A stretch of DNA of 64,000 bases from a virus: positions 1 to 64,000 of the IMG/VR virus record IMGVR_UViG_3300042691_007361; one strand, written 5' to 3'. A model generated the notes under the pieces. It saw nothing but the letters and a program-made list of their open reading frames with translations. It made no database searches and was not told the DNA's origin. Positions 48,776-60,000 of this stretch are shown piece after piece; position 1 is the first letter of the stretch; every line of letters starts with the position of its first letter. The position numbers and the translations under genes were made by a program.

Positions 48776-50452
48776 ATGGCAAAGAGAATTAGAGAAGTAA
48801 CAAGAGATTTTCTTAAGGCAGTTCCGCTGCCTGTACAGACTAGCAGTTATACTGTTATATCGCATGAGTCTGTTATGGACTATGTATTTACTGAGCTTGC
48901 AGCTCAAGGTTTTGGTATCCTCTCAGAGGAGTATAGATGTACATATGATGGTCTGATTGCACAAGGTATTTACAAGCTAAACTATGGTACTGATGAGGAG
49001 ATGTCTCTGATGTTTGCATGGTCTAACAGCTACAATAAACAATTAAAGTTTAAATGTGTAACTGGTGGTTATGTAACAGCAAACCAAACAGTAATGTTGT
49101 GTGGTGAGATTGGAACATGGACTCGTAAGCACACAGGTACTGCAGATGCAGATGCTATTGAGATGATTAAAACTCAGATTACTAATGCTGCTGTATATTA
49201 CAACAACCTAGTAGCTGATAAAGAAGTAATGAAGCAGATACCACTTACTACAAAGCGCCAGGCAGAGTTGCTTGGTGTATTGTTTGCAGAGTATGAATTG
49301 CTTACTACAGAGCAGGCAAGTATTGTACGCCAACAAATAGATAAGCCTAGCTTCTTCTATAATGGTGGTAAGCATACACTGTGGTCATTCTATAATCACG
49401 TAACTCTGGCATTCCAGCAATCACATCCAAAGACATGGATGGAGGATCAGCGCATGCTTCATTGGTTTATCAGTAATGAGTTTGACCTAACAGGTAGTCC
49501 TGTTATGTCTGCTATTGTACAAGCAATGGTTGAGGTTACAGAACCTATGGTAGATCCATTGTATACTGTACCTAATCAGACTAACATCTTAGATCAAATA
49601 GCAGACTTAGAAGCAGATCAAATGGATGAAGACATTAGATATGCTAAAGTAGAAGAAGAAAGTGGAACAAATGAGGTAAAAAATGAAGAGATTTTGTACC
49701 AGTCTGAAGAAGTAGTTGAAGATGTTGTTGAAGACACAGAAGTTCCATTTGATATTGATGAGGATGATGATGCTGTGTTAGGTTCATTACTAGTTCCAAT
49801 AGAGAATCCTGAGCCACCTGTTACAGTGGAAGAATATTTGGATCACAAGGAATTACTTGATGAAACTGTAGCTTATACTGACCCAGCAGGTAATGTATTT
49901 GAAGCTCCAGTAGTTCAAACTAAAGCACCACAAGAATTTATTGATGCTCTTATGAATGCACCAGAAATGGATGCTTCAGAAATTGATATGTCAAAAGTTA
50001 CTTGGGTTGATGCTCCAGAAACTGTTAAGGAAGTTGAAGATAAGCCTAAACTTTCTCTTGATGATATTCTAATCAGAATACCAAATGAGGAGAAGAAAGC
50101 TGAAGCTGAGATTGCTACTGCTATTGAAAGAGTGGAGCGTAAAGAACTCAAAGAAACTCTTAAAGCAGAAGATCAAAAAGGTAAGCTACCAAGTGATATT
50201 CAATCTAGACTAGATGCATTTAATGCTAAGAGAGAAGCTGAGTCTTCAATACTTACTCCTGAAGAAATTGAGGAAGAGTATGACCTGAAGCACACTGATG
50301 ACTATCAAGATGTGATTGAGATGAAGGCTGAAGAATCACTTGAAGTGGAAGCAGTTAATACTACTGAAAATCAACCAAGTACATTCAATGATTTTGAGTT
50401 TGACCTAGGGTCAGATGATGAAGAATTGAAGTTTGATGATGATTTTCTTTAA
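48776..50452 (+). CDS. DUF932-like domain with a long acidic tail
   Basis: Y.VISH, NSYN, RKHTG, TLWSFYNHVT, then about 300 aa rich in D/E. Confidence 0.65.
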   Translation: MAKRIREVTRDFLKAVPLPVQTSSYTVISHESVMDYVFTELAAQGFGILSEEYRCTYDGLIAQGIYKLNYGTDEEMSLMFAWSNSYNKQLKFKCVTGGYVTANQTVMLCGEIGTWTRKHTGTADADAIEMIKTQITNAAVYYNNLVADKEVMKQIPLTTKRQAELLGVLFAEYELLTTEQASIVRQQIDKPSFFYNGGKHTLWSFYNHVTLAFQQSHPKTWMEDQRMLHWFISNEFDLTGSPVMSAIVQAMVEVTEPMVDPLYTVPNQTNILDQIADLEADQMDEDIRYAKVEEESGTNEVKNEEILYQSEEVVEDVVEDTEVPFDIDEDDDAVLGSLLVPIENPEPPVTVEEYLDHKELLDETVAYTDPAGNVFEAPVVQTKAPQEFIDALMNAPEMDASEIDMSKVTWVDAPETVKEVEDKPKLSLDDILIRIPNEEKKAEAEIATAIERVERKELKETLKAEDQKGKLPSDIQSRLDAFNAKREAESSILTPEEIEEEYDLKHTDDYQDVIEMKAEESLEVEAVNTTENQPSTFNDFEFDLGSDDEELKFDDDFL

Positions 50453-50622
50453 GACCTTACCTCTGCATAAGGTAAGTTAAACAATGAAAGAGGGGGATGG
50501 CTTAGGCTGTCCCTCTTTTTTTTCTATCTTTGTGGTTATGAATTATTTATACATAGGAATTTATTTAATAGTAGTCTGGGGCTGGGTAGGCTTTGAGATG
50601 TTACGTGCAAAAGGCGAAGACA

Positions 50623-51030
50623 ATGAAAAAACAGATTGAATCAGTAGAACGATTTCATGAGGCATTTGGACAAAAGAATGGTAAATGGCCTCAGCATATT
50701 GAGTTAGATCAATATGAGCTAAGACATAAACTAATGGCGGAAGAAAATGATGAATATCTAGAAGCATGTGATGCTAAAGATATTGTAGGTATAGCTGATG
50801 CATTAGGTGATCAAATGTATATTTTATGTGGGACTATTCTTAAACATGGATTACAGCACATTATAGCAGATGTATTTGATGAAATACAAGCTAGTAATAT
50901 GAGTAAGTTAGGTGAAGATGGTAAGCCGGTATTAAGAGAAGATGGAAAGATTCTCAAGGGACCAGGTTACTTCAAGCCAAATCTAGAAAAGTTTTTTGTG
51001 GCAGAAGGCAAAAAGAAAGGGGAGCAATAA
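50623..51030 (+). CDS. MazG-like nucleotide pyrophosphohydrolase
   Basis: EE..EY...ADALGD..Y...SNMSK...REDGKILKG. Confidence 0.85.
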   Translation: MKKQIESVERFHEAFGQKNGKWPQHIELDQYELRHKLMAEENDEYLEACDAKDIVGIADALGDQMYILCGTILKHGLQHIIADVFDEIQASNMSKLGEDGKPVLREDGKILKGPGYFKPNLEKFFVAEGKKKGEQ

Positions 51031-51047
51031 GCTCCCCATTTTTTTTT
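51017..51047. terminator. Bidirectional terminator between converging blocks
   Basis: AAAGGGGAGC-AATAA-GCTCCCC-ATTTTTTTTT. Confidence 0.7.
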
Positions 51048-54000
51048 AGTTAAGGTTTTGGAATGTCTCTCTAGACTTGATTGCATGTATTGGGTCATAG
51101 TTCTTACCTCTGACACCAAAGATACCCCCTATGTGGTTCCATAGTTTATAGTCTCCTTCTTCCTGCCAGAAGTATGGACCAACATCTTGTTTATAGATTG
51201 CTGAGTCATCTCCTGTAGCCATGTGGAATAGGTCTGCCATTATCTTTAATGTGTTACCTATTATTGGTCCTGAAGCTAGGGAAGCTGGATTAATGAAGTT
51301 CATGAAGTCATCAAATCCTACTATAGGAACTAAGAGCTCATTCTCTGATTTTACTGCCATAAGTTGGTAAAGTAAGTGATTAGAAAAATAACCCATTGCT
51401 CCCCAATCTTTTTCTCTTTTTCTGAGTTTGTTGAAACGGTCTTCATCATCATCATCATATCCAAAGATAAATCCAACAGCTAGTCCCATCATAGCAAGGT
51501 AAATACCTTCAGCTAACATTCTTCTAAATGCAGCTTTTTCTTTATCAGATGCCATTGGATAATATTTACCCATGGTTTTTACTGTTCTCCACATTAATTG
51601 AAGACCGGATATGTAGTAACCTTTTGTAAGGGTGTTCATGTTAAAGTCATAGACCTCTCCTCCAAAGTTTTCTTTAGAGGTATCAAATTGGAATCTATGT
51701 ACAAACATTGGTAATGAGAATAGACGGTAGAAAGTAAAGAGTCTAAATCCAAGATACTTACTTGCCAGTGGTGTATCTAATTGGTCTATTAGACCATTAA
51801 GTCTTTTACCTACTCCCTGTACCTTAAGTTTGAAGTCATTGAAGAGTGCATTCTCAGAGATGATAAGCTCATCTCCTTCTTTTACATCTGCCGGATCTTC
51901 AATGTCATTCTTTTTCATCAAGTCCTCTACAGTAAGATTGTATTTCTTTGCTACTGACTCAAGTGAGTCACCTACTTGATATACATGGTTTATTGATTGT
52001 ACTCCATACTCAGGATCAATACCATCTTTAAGTTTAATCATACCTTTATCATCAAGCTCAAATGCATCTGAGTATCTAATCTTCTGTATATTCCCTGCTG
52101 AATCTGTTTGGTCAATGTATTTGTTATACATCATTCCCCAGAATACTTCAAGACCAGCTTCAACTTCAGCAAGCTTTCTAGCATCATACATCCATGTCAT
52201 ATCTAACATGTCTTTAAGGAAACTTCTAGAAGCTGATTTACTGAAGTCTTTTTTAGTCTTACCTGTGATAGGGTCAAAGTACTCCATCATTTGTATATCA
52301 AGAGACTTAGGTCCATGTGTATATATACCTTTTGTCATCAGCTGAATAGTAGCTGTATATGCTCTATACTTACCTAGAGCAAGTGACTTAGCTGTTATAT
52401 ACTCTGCTCCGGCTGCTTCAATCATAGACTGGAACAACATACCGTAACGGTTCTTAGCAGCAGAGACCATATCTAATGCAATAAAGGATCTACTTGTATT
52501 TCCCATAAGTGCGTTAGCTAGCTTAGTAACTCTTACATTTTTTTCATTAAACTCAGCATTGACTTTACCGTAGAAAGTTCTCTCAAGGAATTCATCAAAT
52601 GCTTTTGCTCTTTTGTTATCTCCTGTAGGTATAAAAGAGAGCATGCCTGTTGACTTCTTAATTTGCTTACTGATTCTGTTCATGTCTTTTATGGCATTCT
52701 CAGAATTGTTAAGCACATCACTTATTAGTTTTGCTATAGGCTCAATTTCAGAAAGCTTCTTCTGTACAGTAAGTGACTCCATGTAATCATAGAAACTTCT
52801 CAGGAAGTCCATTGATACATCTTGTTTCTTTAATCTATATAGACCACGTACAGGAATTCTAGTAAGTGGATTACCTAGTAAGTCAGTACCAATAGCAGTA
52901 GCCTCAGCATTGTAGTTAAACATCCATTCAGCAGCATCTGCAGTCTTTTCTTTACCAAAGAATCTTTGACCTAGTGTTTTTGCTGAGCTTAATTTATCTT
53001 CTACATTCTCCCTGGCTTTACCAGACTGTACCATCTCTAGATTACTTCTATGAAAGAAGTTAGCATAGTCATAGTATAACTTACTACCAAAGCCTTTGTC
53101 ATCCTGAACTCGTAGATACTCTTTCTTAAGCTCTTCAAGTAACTTATATGTTGGTGAATTAAGCTTCTTAAGATCATAGTACTCTTGATTCATGTACTTA
53201 TTATCATATGCAGAATCCTTTTTACCGGGAGTATACTCTTTAGGCAAGTAATTGTTTCTGTTATCTACAGTAACTCCAACAATCTTTGGTGTAACATATT
53301 CAGGTTTAGGAACTACTTTGTTGTATTTACCACCTGGAACAGCATATCTAATAATTTCTTTCCCTGTTATTGGATGTACAAGTTTTGTAGTCTTGTAATT
53401 CTCAAGACCGATTGGTTTAGCTACAGTCCATGCAGAAGTTCTAAATACTTTAATAGCTTTTTGCTTTATTGCAGGATCCCAAACTTCTTTAGTATAATGA
53501 TTCTGTATAAACCACTGGTCAAATGCTTCACTCTTAGTTCTTGCTTCTAGTATTTTAGGTGAGTTAATAAACTCATCTGCATTATCAATAGTAACATCAT
53601 CAATACCAGTACCTCTTAAAGCATAATTAATTGCTGCTATATAGTAATCAGTAGGTTCTTTGTAACTAAGCTCTGATAAGTCTCTGAATAATACTCTTAG
53701 TTTCTCAAGCTCAAGTGGACCAAGACCCATATCATTCTTAATGTTGATAAGGTCATCATACTCTTGTCTTTCTGATTCACTAAGTGCAGGACCATTATTG
53801 ATTCTATCTTGGTAAGTTTTAAGCTTTTCTGCATCCTCAAGTGATAGACCAGACTTCTTATCAAACTGTGCTTCAAGATTTACAAGCTCTACCTCTATTT
53901 CTTTTACACGTTTTCTCTGCTCTTCAGTAAGCTGGATACCATTTACCTGACGGTTCTTATCTGTAGTCTTACCAATAATGTCATAGCGCTCTTCAATAAG

Positions 54001-57000
54001 TTCAGCTCTACGTTTAGCAATCTCAGATTTTAATCCGGGCTTATCAGTAATCTGTCTTATCTGAGCAATTATATCTCTTCTAGTTTCAACATACTTATCA
54101 GAGTATGCTACACGCATATTCTTACGGAAGAATCTTTCTAGCTCCTCATTGAAGACATCAGGCTTCTCTTCCATAGTAATACCTTTGGCTGCTAGCTTAT
54201 CAACGTAGTTATCAAGTTCTCTTTGTAAACTATCTACATCCGGTTCTCCTGTCATGAACTTTCTAGATACAGATCTGTAATGTTTCATTACAAGAGCTTT
54301 CTCTAAAGCTTCACCAGTTTTCTGAGTACCATCAGGATAGTATACATCATAAAGACTTTCATACTCCATCTTAGCTTCATCAGCAGCCGTAGCTTCAAGC
54401 ATATCATCTCTATCTTCATACTTAATATTCTGAAGAGTATTCATCTTTTCTATAGCAGCTGCTCTTTCTAGGTAAGCTTGGAAAGACGTATCTGCATTTA
54501 CAACAACTTCTGATTTGGTAAATGGATTGATAAGCTTGTTATCTTGTGTCCAGATATTAAACTTCTCATAGTATTCATCTACCATTGGACGGTGCATGTA
54601 CTTCTTCTCAAAGTCAATAAGGTTCTTGTAAGCTTCTTTTACTAGAGTCTTATCCTTTTTATCCTTGGCATTCTCATACTCATTCTTCAGCTTACCATAA
54701 TCATAACGCCAGTTTTTAAACTTGTCATGATATGTAAACCTTTCATACTCTACCCACTCACCGGTTTTACTGTCTGTATAACCATCTTTATCAAGTAATA
54801 ATAGTTGTTTACCAAGTGCGGCAACATTATTCTCATTGTATCCTGCTTGTCTTAATAGTGGGTCAAGTTTACTTGCTATCTGATCTCTTTCTCTGAGTAG
54901 TTCTAACTCAGTATTAGACAACTCAATTGAGATATCTCTTGCAAATGTTCCTATAACAGGGTCATCAATGTTCTTAATAGGAATAAGATTAGCTGCTATA
55001 TAACCAATGTCTCCGCGTTCACCTTTCAAGAATGCATCATACTGCTCTCTTGTAAGACGTTTATCATTATACTGCTGAACTAATTTAGCAATGTAAGGCT
55101 TACGTTTTATATCAAGAGACAATCCTGCGTTATCAAGATTAAACTCCCGCATCAACGGTGCATTGACTACACTATCAATAAAGTCATTGATTGCATCAGT
55201 AGATATGTTATCTGCTTTTAGTGCTTTTGTGATATCAGCTTTAAACTTTTCATCAATCTCTTTACCCATAGAGGCACCCTTCTTCTCAAAGTATTGTCCG
55301 GCAAATTCTTGTTCTATATCATTGATCTTTCTAATTGCATCATTTACACTAGTATTGATACCATTAAGAGTCTTTACAAAATCAGTTTCTTTATTTAGAC
55401 CTACTGCTACACGTACATCCTCTACAAGTTTCTTCTGTCTGATCAAGAAATCTTTGAAGTACATTACCTTTGTAATCTCTTCTGTTTTAATCTTACGCGG
55501 GTCACCACTTATTTTTCCTAGTGCCTTGTCAATATTTTCAACAAAGACTTCAATATGTGCTATTGAATTTACAAGAGCTAGAGTTCTTAGTCTGAACTCT
55601 TCTTGCTGATCCTTCATTGCACTAATTGCATTCTCAGGTTTTACTTTTGTAGGATCATCGGATACAGTCTGGTATGGTCTTAAGTCTTCAGCAATGTATC
55701 TTAAAAACTTGATACCCTCTCTACTTTCTAATAAATCTTTTAGTCTCTTTGGAGATTTACTAAGCTGATCAAGTTCATACATGTTTTCTGCATATACATT
55801 ATTGATAGCTTTCTGTAACTTACCGTCCTCAACCTTTTGGAATTGAGAAACTATACTTGAGATATCTTTCTTAAACTCAGCAAAATCTGTTTCACTAAAT
55901 ACAACATTATCAATTTGAAAATCCTCATTGACCATCATATTTGCTAAGTCATCTAGAGTAGTATCAACACTAAGTTTATCTAGGTTTACCTTACCAACCA
56001 GTTCCTTGATTAGTTTCTTTATAGCAAACAATATATTCTGAATGAACTGTTTGAAACCTTCTTCAGTTTCTGTTTGCTCATTTACCTTATTCATTGCTGC
56101 TTTTTCAAGAGCATTTACAATAACCTCTTCTTTAAAACGGTCACTCTCAAACTCTAGATTAGGATAGTTAACTACTACATTTTCAATAAGTTTAACACCG
56201 GTAGCTGAAGTTCTGAGTTGATAATATAGTTTATCAAATAGACCGGGATTCATTTTTGCTATACCCTTAACAAGTGGGTGAGCATATTCATGAAGTACTA
56301 GTTCTGTAGAAAGTTTATCACCTACAAAGTATACTGTATCATTATAATAGAACGCAGCTTCTCCTTCATAAGGAGTTGTTGTATTCTCAAGTACTCTTGT
56401 TGCTTCTGCTGCACTTATCATAGTATAAGGTACACCAAATGCTTTTGCAAACTTATCTCCTAATCTTACTGCAATCTCCTTTGCCTTCTCCTTTTTCTGA
56501 GTTTCAGGGTCAGCAGCAAAGTTTTCATTGAAATCATTAACTTCTTCTTCATCTTGTTCTTCTGTAGTTTTAATTCTATCAGCTAAAGGTTTAATTACTA
56601 CTTCAACTGTATAGGCTTTTCTCTCTGATCTTGAGAGACTTATGACACTAGGAAACTTATCTGCCAGAGCTTCTACAATAGCAACATTAGGTTTGAAGAT
56701 CAACTCTTCAGCAGCCTTTTGTTCTACTATAGAACCATAATTAGTAAATCCTCTTGTTACATAGTACTTACCCTTTAAAGGATGTATTACACCAGATAGT
56801 AGAGATTGAATAGCTCTATCAGTAAGAAAAGGATTCACCTCAAATGCCTTCATAACATTTTGACGTACCTTCTGCTTATCATTTGTAAGCCAGTCTTTAA
56901 CTTCTTTAGGAGTAGGATAATAGTACTCATCATTAGGACCAACCTTTCTTACAACAACTGAATAGTCATGTACAAACTTTTCAGCTAGGTCTGTCCCATA

Positions 57001-57051
57001 TATATTTTCTAATGCCTTAAACTCTTTAAGACTTCTGACAATACACTTCAT
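51046..57051 (-). CDS. Giant virion cargo protein with zincin and LysM domains
   Basis: 2001 aa; HEYAH at 56278-56292; LysM (GDSLESVAKKYNLTVEDLMKKN) at about 51860-51990; C-terminal hydrophobic segments. Confidence 0.75.
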   Translation of the reverse strand: MKCIVRSLKEFKALENIYGTDLAEKFVHDYSVVVRKVGPNDEYYYPTPKEVKDWLTNDKQKVRQNVMKAFEVNPFLTDRAIQSLLSGVIHPLKGKYYVTRGFTNYGSIVEQKAAEELIFKPNVAIVEALADKFPSVISLSRSERKAYTVEVVIKPLADRIKTTEEQDEEEVNDFNENFAADPETQKKEKAKEIAVRLGDKFAKAFGVPYTMISAAEATRVLENTTTPYEGEAAFYYNDTVYFVGDKLSTELVLHEYAHPLVKGIAKMNPGLFDKLYYQLRTSATGVKLIENVVVNYPNLEFESDRFKEEVIVNALEKAAMNKVNEQTETEEGFKQFIQNILFAIKKLIKELVGKVNLDKLSVDTTLDDLANMMVNEDFQIDNVVFSETDFAEFKKDISSIVSQFQKVEDGKLQKAINNVYAENMYELDQLSKSPKRLKDLLESREGIKFLRYIAEDLRPYQTVSDDPTKVKPENAISAMKDQQEEFRLRTLALVNSIAHIEVFVENIDKALGKISGDPRKIKTEEITKVMYFKDFLIRQKKLVEDVRVAVGLNKETDFVKTLNGINTSVNDAIRKINDIEQEFAGQYFEKKGASMGKEIDEKFKADITKALKADNISTDAINDFIDSVVNAPLMREFNLDNAGLSLDIKRKPYIAKLVQQYNDKRLTREQYDAFLKGERGDIGYIAANLIPIKNIDDPVIGTFARDISIELSNTELELLRERDQIASKLDPLLRQAGYNENNVAALGKQLLLLDKDGYTDSKTGEWVEYERFTYHDKFKNWRYDYGKLKNEYENAKDKKDKTLVKEAYKNLIDFEKKYMHRPMVDEYYEKFNIWTQDNKLINPFTKSEVVVNADTSFQAYLERAAAIEKMNTLQNIKYEDRDDMLEATAADEAKMEYESLYDVYYPDGTQKTGEALEKALVMKHYRSVSRKFMTGEPDVDSLQRELDNYVDKLAAKGITMEEKPDVFNEELERFFRKNMRVAYSDKYVETRRDIIAQIRQITDKPGLKSEIAKRRAELIEERYDIIGKTTDKNRQVNGIQLTEEQRKRVKEIEVELVNLEAQFDKKSGLSLEDAEKLKTYQDRINNGPALSESERQEYDDLINIKNDMGLGPLELEKLRVLFRDLSELSYKEPTDYYIAAINYALRGTGIDDVTIDNADEFINSPKILEARTKSEAFDQWFIQNHYTKEVWDPAIKQKAIKVFRTSAWTVAKPIGLENYKTTKLVHPITGKEIIRYAVPGGKYNKVVPKPEYVTPKIVGVTVDNRNNYLPKEYTPGKKDSAYDNKYMNQEYYDLKKLNSPTYKLLEELKKEYLRVQDDKGFGSKLYYDYANFFHRSNLEMVQSGKARENVEDKLSSAKTLGQRFFGKEKTADAAEWMFNYNAEATAIGTDLLGNPLTRIPVRGLYRLKKQDVSMDFLRSFYDYMESLTVQKKLSEIEPIAKLISDVLNNSENAIKDMNRISKQIKKSTGMLSFIPTGDNKRAKAFDEFLERTFYGKVNAEFNEKNVRVTKLANALMGNTSRSFIALDMVSAAKNRYGMLFQSMIEAAGAEYITAKSLALGKYRAYTATIQLMTKGIYTHGPKSLDIQMMEYFDPITGKTKKDFSKSASRSFLKDMLDMTWMYDARKLAEVEAGLEVFWGMMYNKYIDQTDSAGNIQKIRYSDAFELDDKGMIKLKDGIDPEYGVQSINHVYQVGDSLESVAKKYNLTVEDLMKKNDIEDPADVKEGDELIISENALFNDFKLKVQGVGKRLNGLIDQLDTPLASKYLGFRLFTFYRLFSLPMFVHRFQFDTSKENFGGEVYDFNMNTLTKGYYISGLQLMWRTVKTMGKYYPMASDKEKAAFRRMLAEGIYLAMMGLAVGFIFGYDDDDEDRFNKLRKREKDWGAMGYFSNHLLYQLMAVKSENELLVPIVGFDDFMNFINPASLASGPIIGNTLKIMADLFHMATGDDSAIYKQDVGPYFWQEEGDYKLWNHIGGIFGVRGKNYDPIHAIKSRETFQNLN

Positions 57052-60000
57052 TATAGCTTACAATTTTTTAGGTGTTCAATATACTGTTCCTCTGACATAG
57101 TATCAGCATACATTTCAAAATATGATTCAATCACATCATCTAAGTTACCAAGTTTTTGCTGTTGTTCAGCAGTCAGGGTATTATAAAAATCATCCAACAT
57201 ACTATAGTTACCTACTGATATTGCTGAGAAATCAAACCCGGATTCTTGAGCTGTGTTAATAGCATTCTTGTATGTATCAGGAATGTATTCAAACTCTATC
57301 TGCCATGCCTTATCAAGTTTTGGTCTTACTACTTTATTAAAGTAATCAGTTGACCATCCTTCAAGTTGTGACCATTGACTAGCTGTCTTACCACTACCTA
57401 CTAATTTGTGTAGAGGCTTAGTCACTTTTACTTTAAGAGAGTCACCGTTATCAGATACCCACTCAATAATATCACCTGTCTTAGCTTTCTTCCAATAATC
57501 AAATCCTTTTTGATCTGAGTATCTTGTTGTAGCAGTTCTTTCTCCAAGAGCCACTGCTGCAATTGTGCTATCTGCAGTAACACCAGGACGTTTGTTATCA
57601 CCATAAGAGAAGGACATCTTACCTTTGAATGATAAAGGTTGAGTAAGTTGGTTACTCATTGGCTTAAGGAACTCATTGAAGTTCTTTCTTGACTTAGCAT
57701 ATTTATCTGCTAGATCATTCATCTCTTCACCAGAGTGACCTTTAACCCAAGTAATCTTAACTGAACCACCATTAGCTTCAATCTTAGCAATTGCTGCTAC
57801 TGCTTTATCAATCAAGTACTGAATATAAGGTTCTTTTGACTTCCATGGTTTGTCTGCACGTTGAAGTGATCCTTCTGAATGTTGCCATAGACCATTGTAG
57901 TTAACAGCTCCGTTATAATCTTGATGGATAAACAAATGCTCCCCGGTATCTTGGAATGTTTCAAGTACTGTACTTAGTGCTAACATCTCCATTGTAGGAT
58001 TACTAAACTTAGCGTTAGGGAATTTAGCTTGTAAATCTTTTACTGCTTCACCTTCTTGAGTACCTGAGAGACCAAACTCTTTATCTTGATACTTATATAC
58101 TGCACCAAATCCAATGTTACCTGTTCCTTTGATATCTGAACCATCAGAATATACTCTTATTGGTTCTTGTACTGTAGACATCTTAGCTGTTTTGTTTTCT
58201 TTAGCCTCTACTTTCTCTTCTTCAAAGAGGCTAAGTTGTTGATTATCACCCATATCCTTCTCTAATATTTCTGGTGATTCCTCAACTTCTGGAGCTTTTA
58301 TATTGTTATCAACCCATAGACTAAACTCTGAGATATTCACAGGTTGATCCGTTGAGAAATCATGGAACAAGTTACTCAATTTATCAACATTAACACCTGC
58401 CGTAGCCAGTCTATCTAGTATAATATTTAAACTTTGGTATGTGACATCTACATAATCATCATAGTCATCAGAGTATAGTTTTTGAAGATCAACATTTTCT
58501 GGCACATCAATAATGGTTAGATCCGGATTTAAATCTTTAACCATTTGGTTAAACTCATTCTCTCCTAATTCATTAACAAGATTATCTATTGCTGTTCTTG
58601 TAGAAATTGTTTCTTCAAGTGGGAATGCAGTAACTTGATTTGAGTTAAATACTTTTGGTTCTACAACATAGTTTTTGAACTGTGAGTCACTCATCAAATT
58701 ATTGTACACTTTAGATAAGCTAGCAGGGTTTAGATTATTTTGCATGAATGTACCAGCAGCACTACGCATTACTTCTAGATACATTGTATCATCAAGCGCT
58801 TTGTTGAATCCATATTTAGTATAACCTACACCATGTTGGTGGATCATCATTAGTGAGAAGATACGGAAGACATCACTTAGTCTTTTGTTATCTGCTTCTG
58901 ATGATACCTTACGTACATTAACATCAGCTAACTCTCTAAGGTTCTGGAAATAAACATCACCTAGTTCTCCCTTAAGAATATTTCTATCATTAAGCTGAAC
59001 TATCTTCTCTTTACCTTTATATGGTAATACAGATATCTGCCCAAGGATTGGATATCTATCTTTAAGTTGGGAGAACTCTCGGATAGTATTCATTACCAAG
59101 TTAGTGTAAGAGAATTCATCTGTACCTACAATTGCATCTCTATTGAAAGTGTTTAATAGAGCACGTTGAGCTAAGAACTTTTCAAAGGCTGGAGTATAGC
59201 TTTCACCTTCTGTATATATACTTCTTAGGTACTCTCTTTCAACTACATATCTATTAAAGGAAGCTTGAGATCTAAATGGGTCATCAGATACTTTGAAAGA
59301 GGTCAACCCTCTCTTAGTAAAGCTATCATTAGAGTCTGATGTTTTTAAATATTTTTTGTCAGTAAAGTCCCTGTTAAGCTGACCACGATCTACATAAATA
59401 ACTCCATCTTTATACTCAACTCCATTCTGAACTCCGGGCTTAATTACTATCTGTGAGCCTCTGTAATAGTCAGGTAATTCTGATATATTACCTTTAGAGT
59501 CAACAAAGTTAGACATGTAGTTTTGGAAGATGTAGTTAATCACAGCGTTATTAAACTCTGATGTAAATCTTTCCTCACCGTCCATACCCTGACCAAACTT
59601 TCTAGATATCTCAGTTTTGTTACCACCTAGTTTACTAGTAATAAAGTCTGATACTTCTTTGTTTAATCTTAATGGCATTACAGGTTCTACAAGATCAAGA
59701 GCTAAGTCTCCTTGATAGAATGACCTAAGAATAGATTTGTTTCTGATTGCTTCTGGTAATTCAGGATCTACTTTAGATGTTTCTGTTGAATCAAGGAATG
59801 CTTGTTCTCTCTTTCTTACTTGCTGTATTGTCTTTAACAGTTTAGTATCTGGGTTAGACTGGCGTTTTACTGCCTCTAGACCCTTAATCTGTTTTTCTAT
59901 TTCTAAGAAGTGTAAGAATGCTGCGTCCTGAATAGCTTTGTACTTAGGATTCTTTGGATCCTTGATGCTAGCTATTAGTGTTTCTTCATCAAAGTAACCT

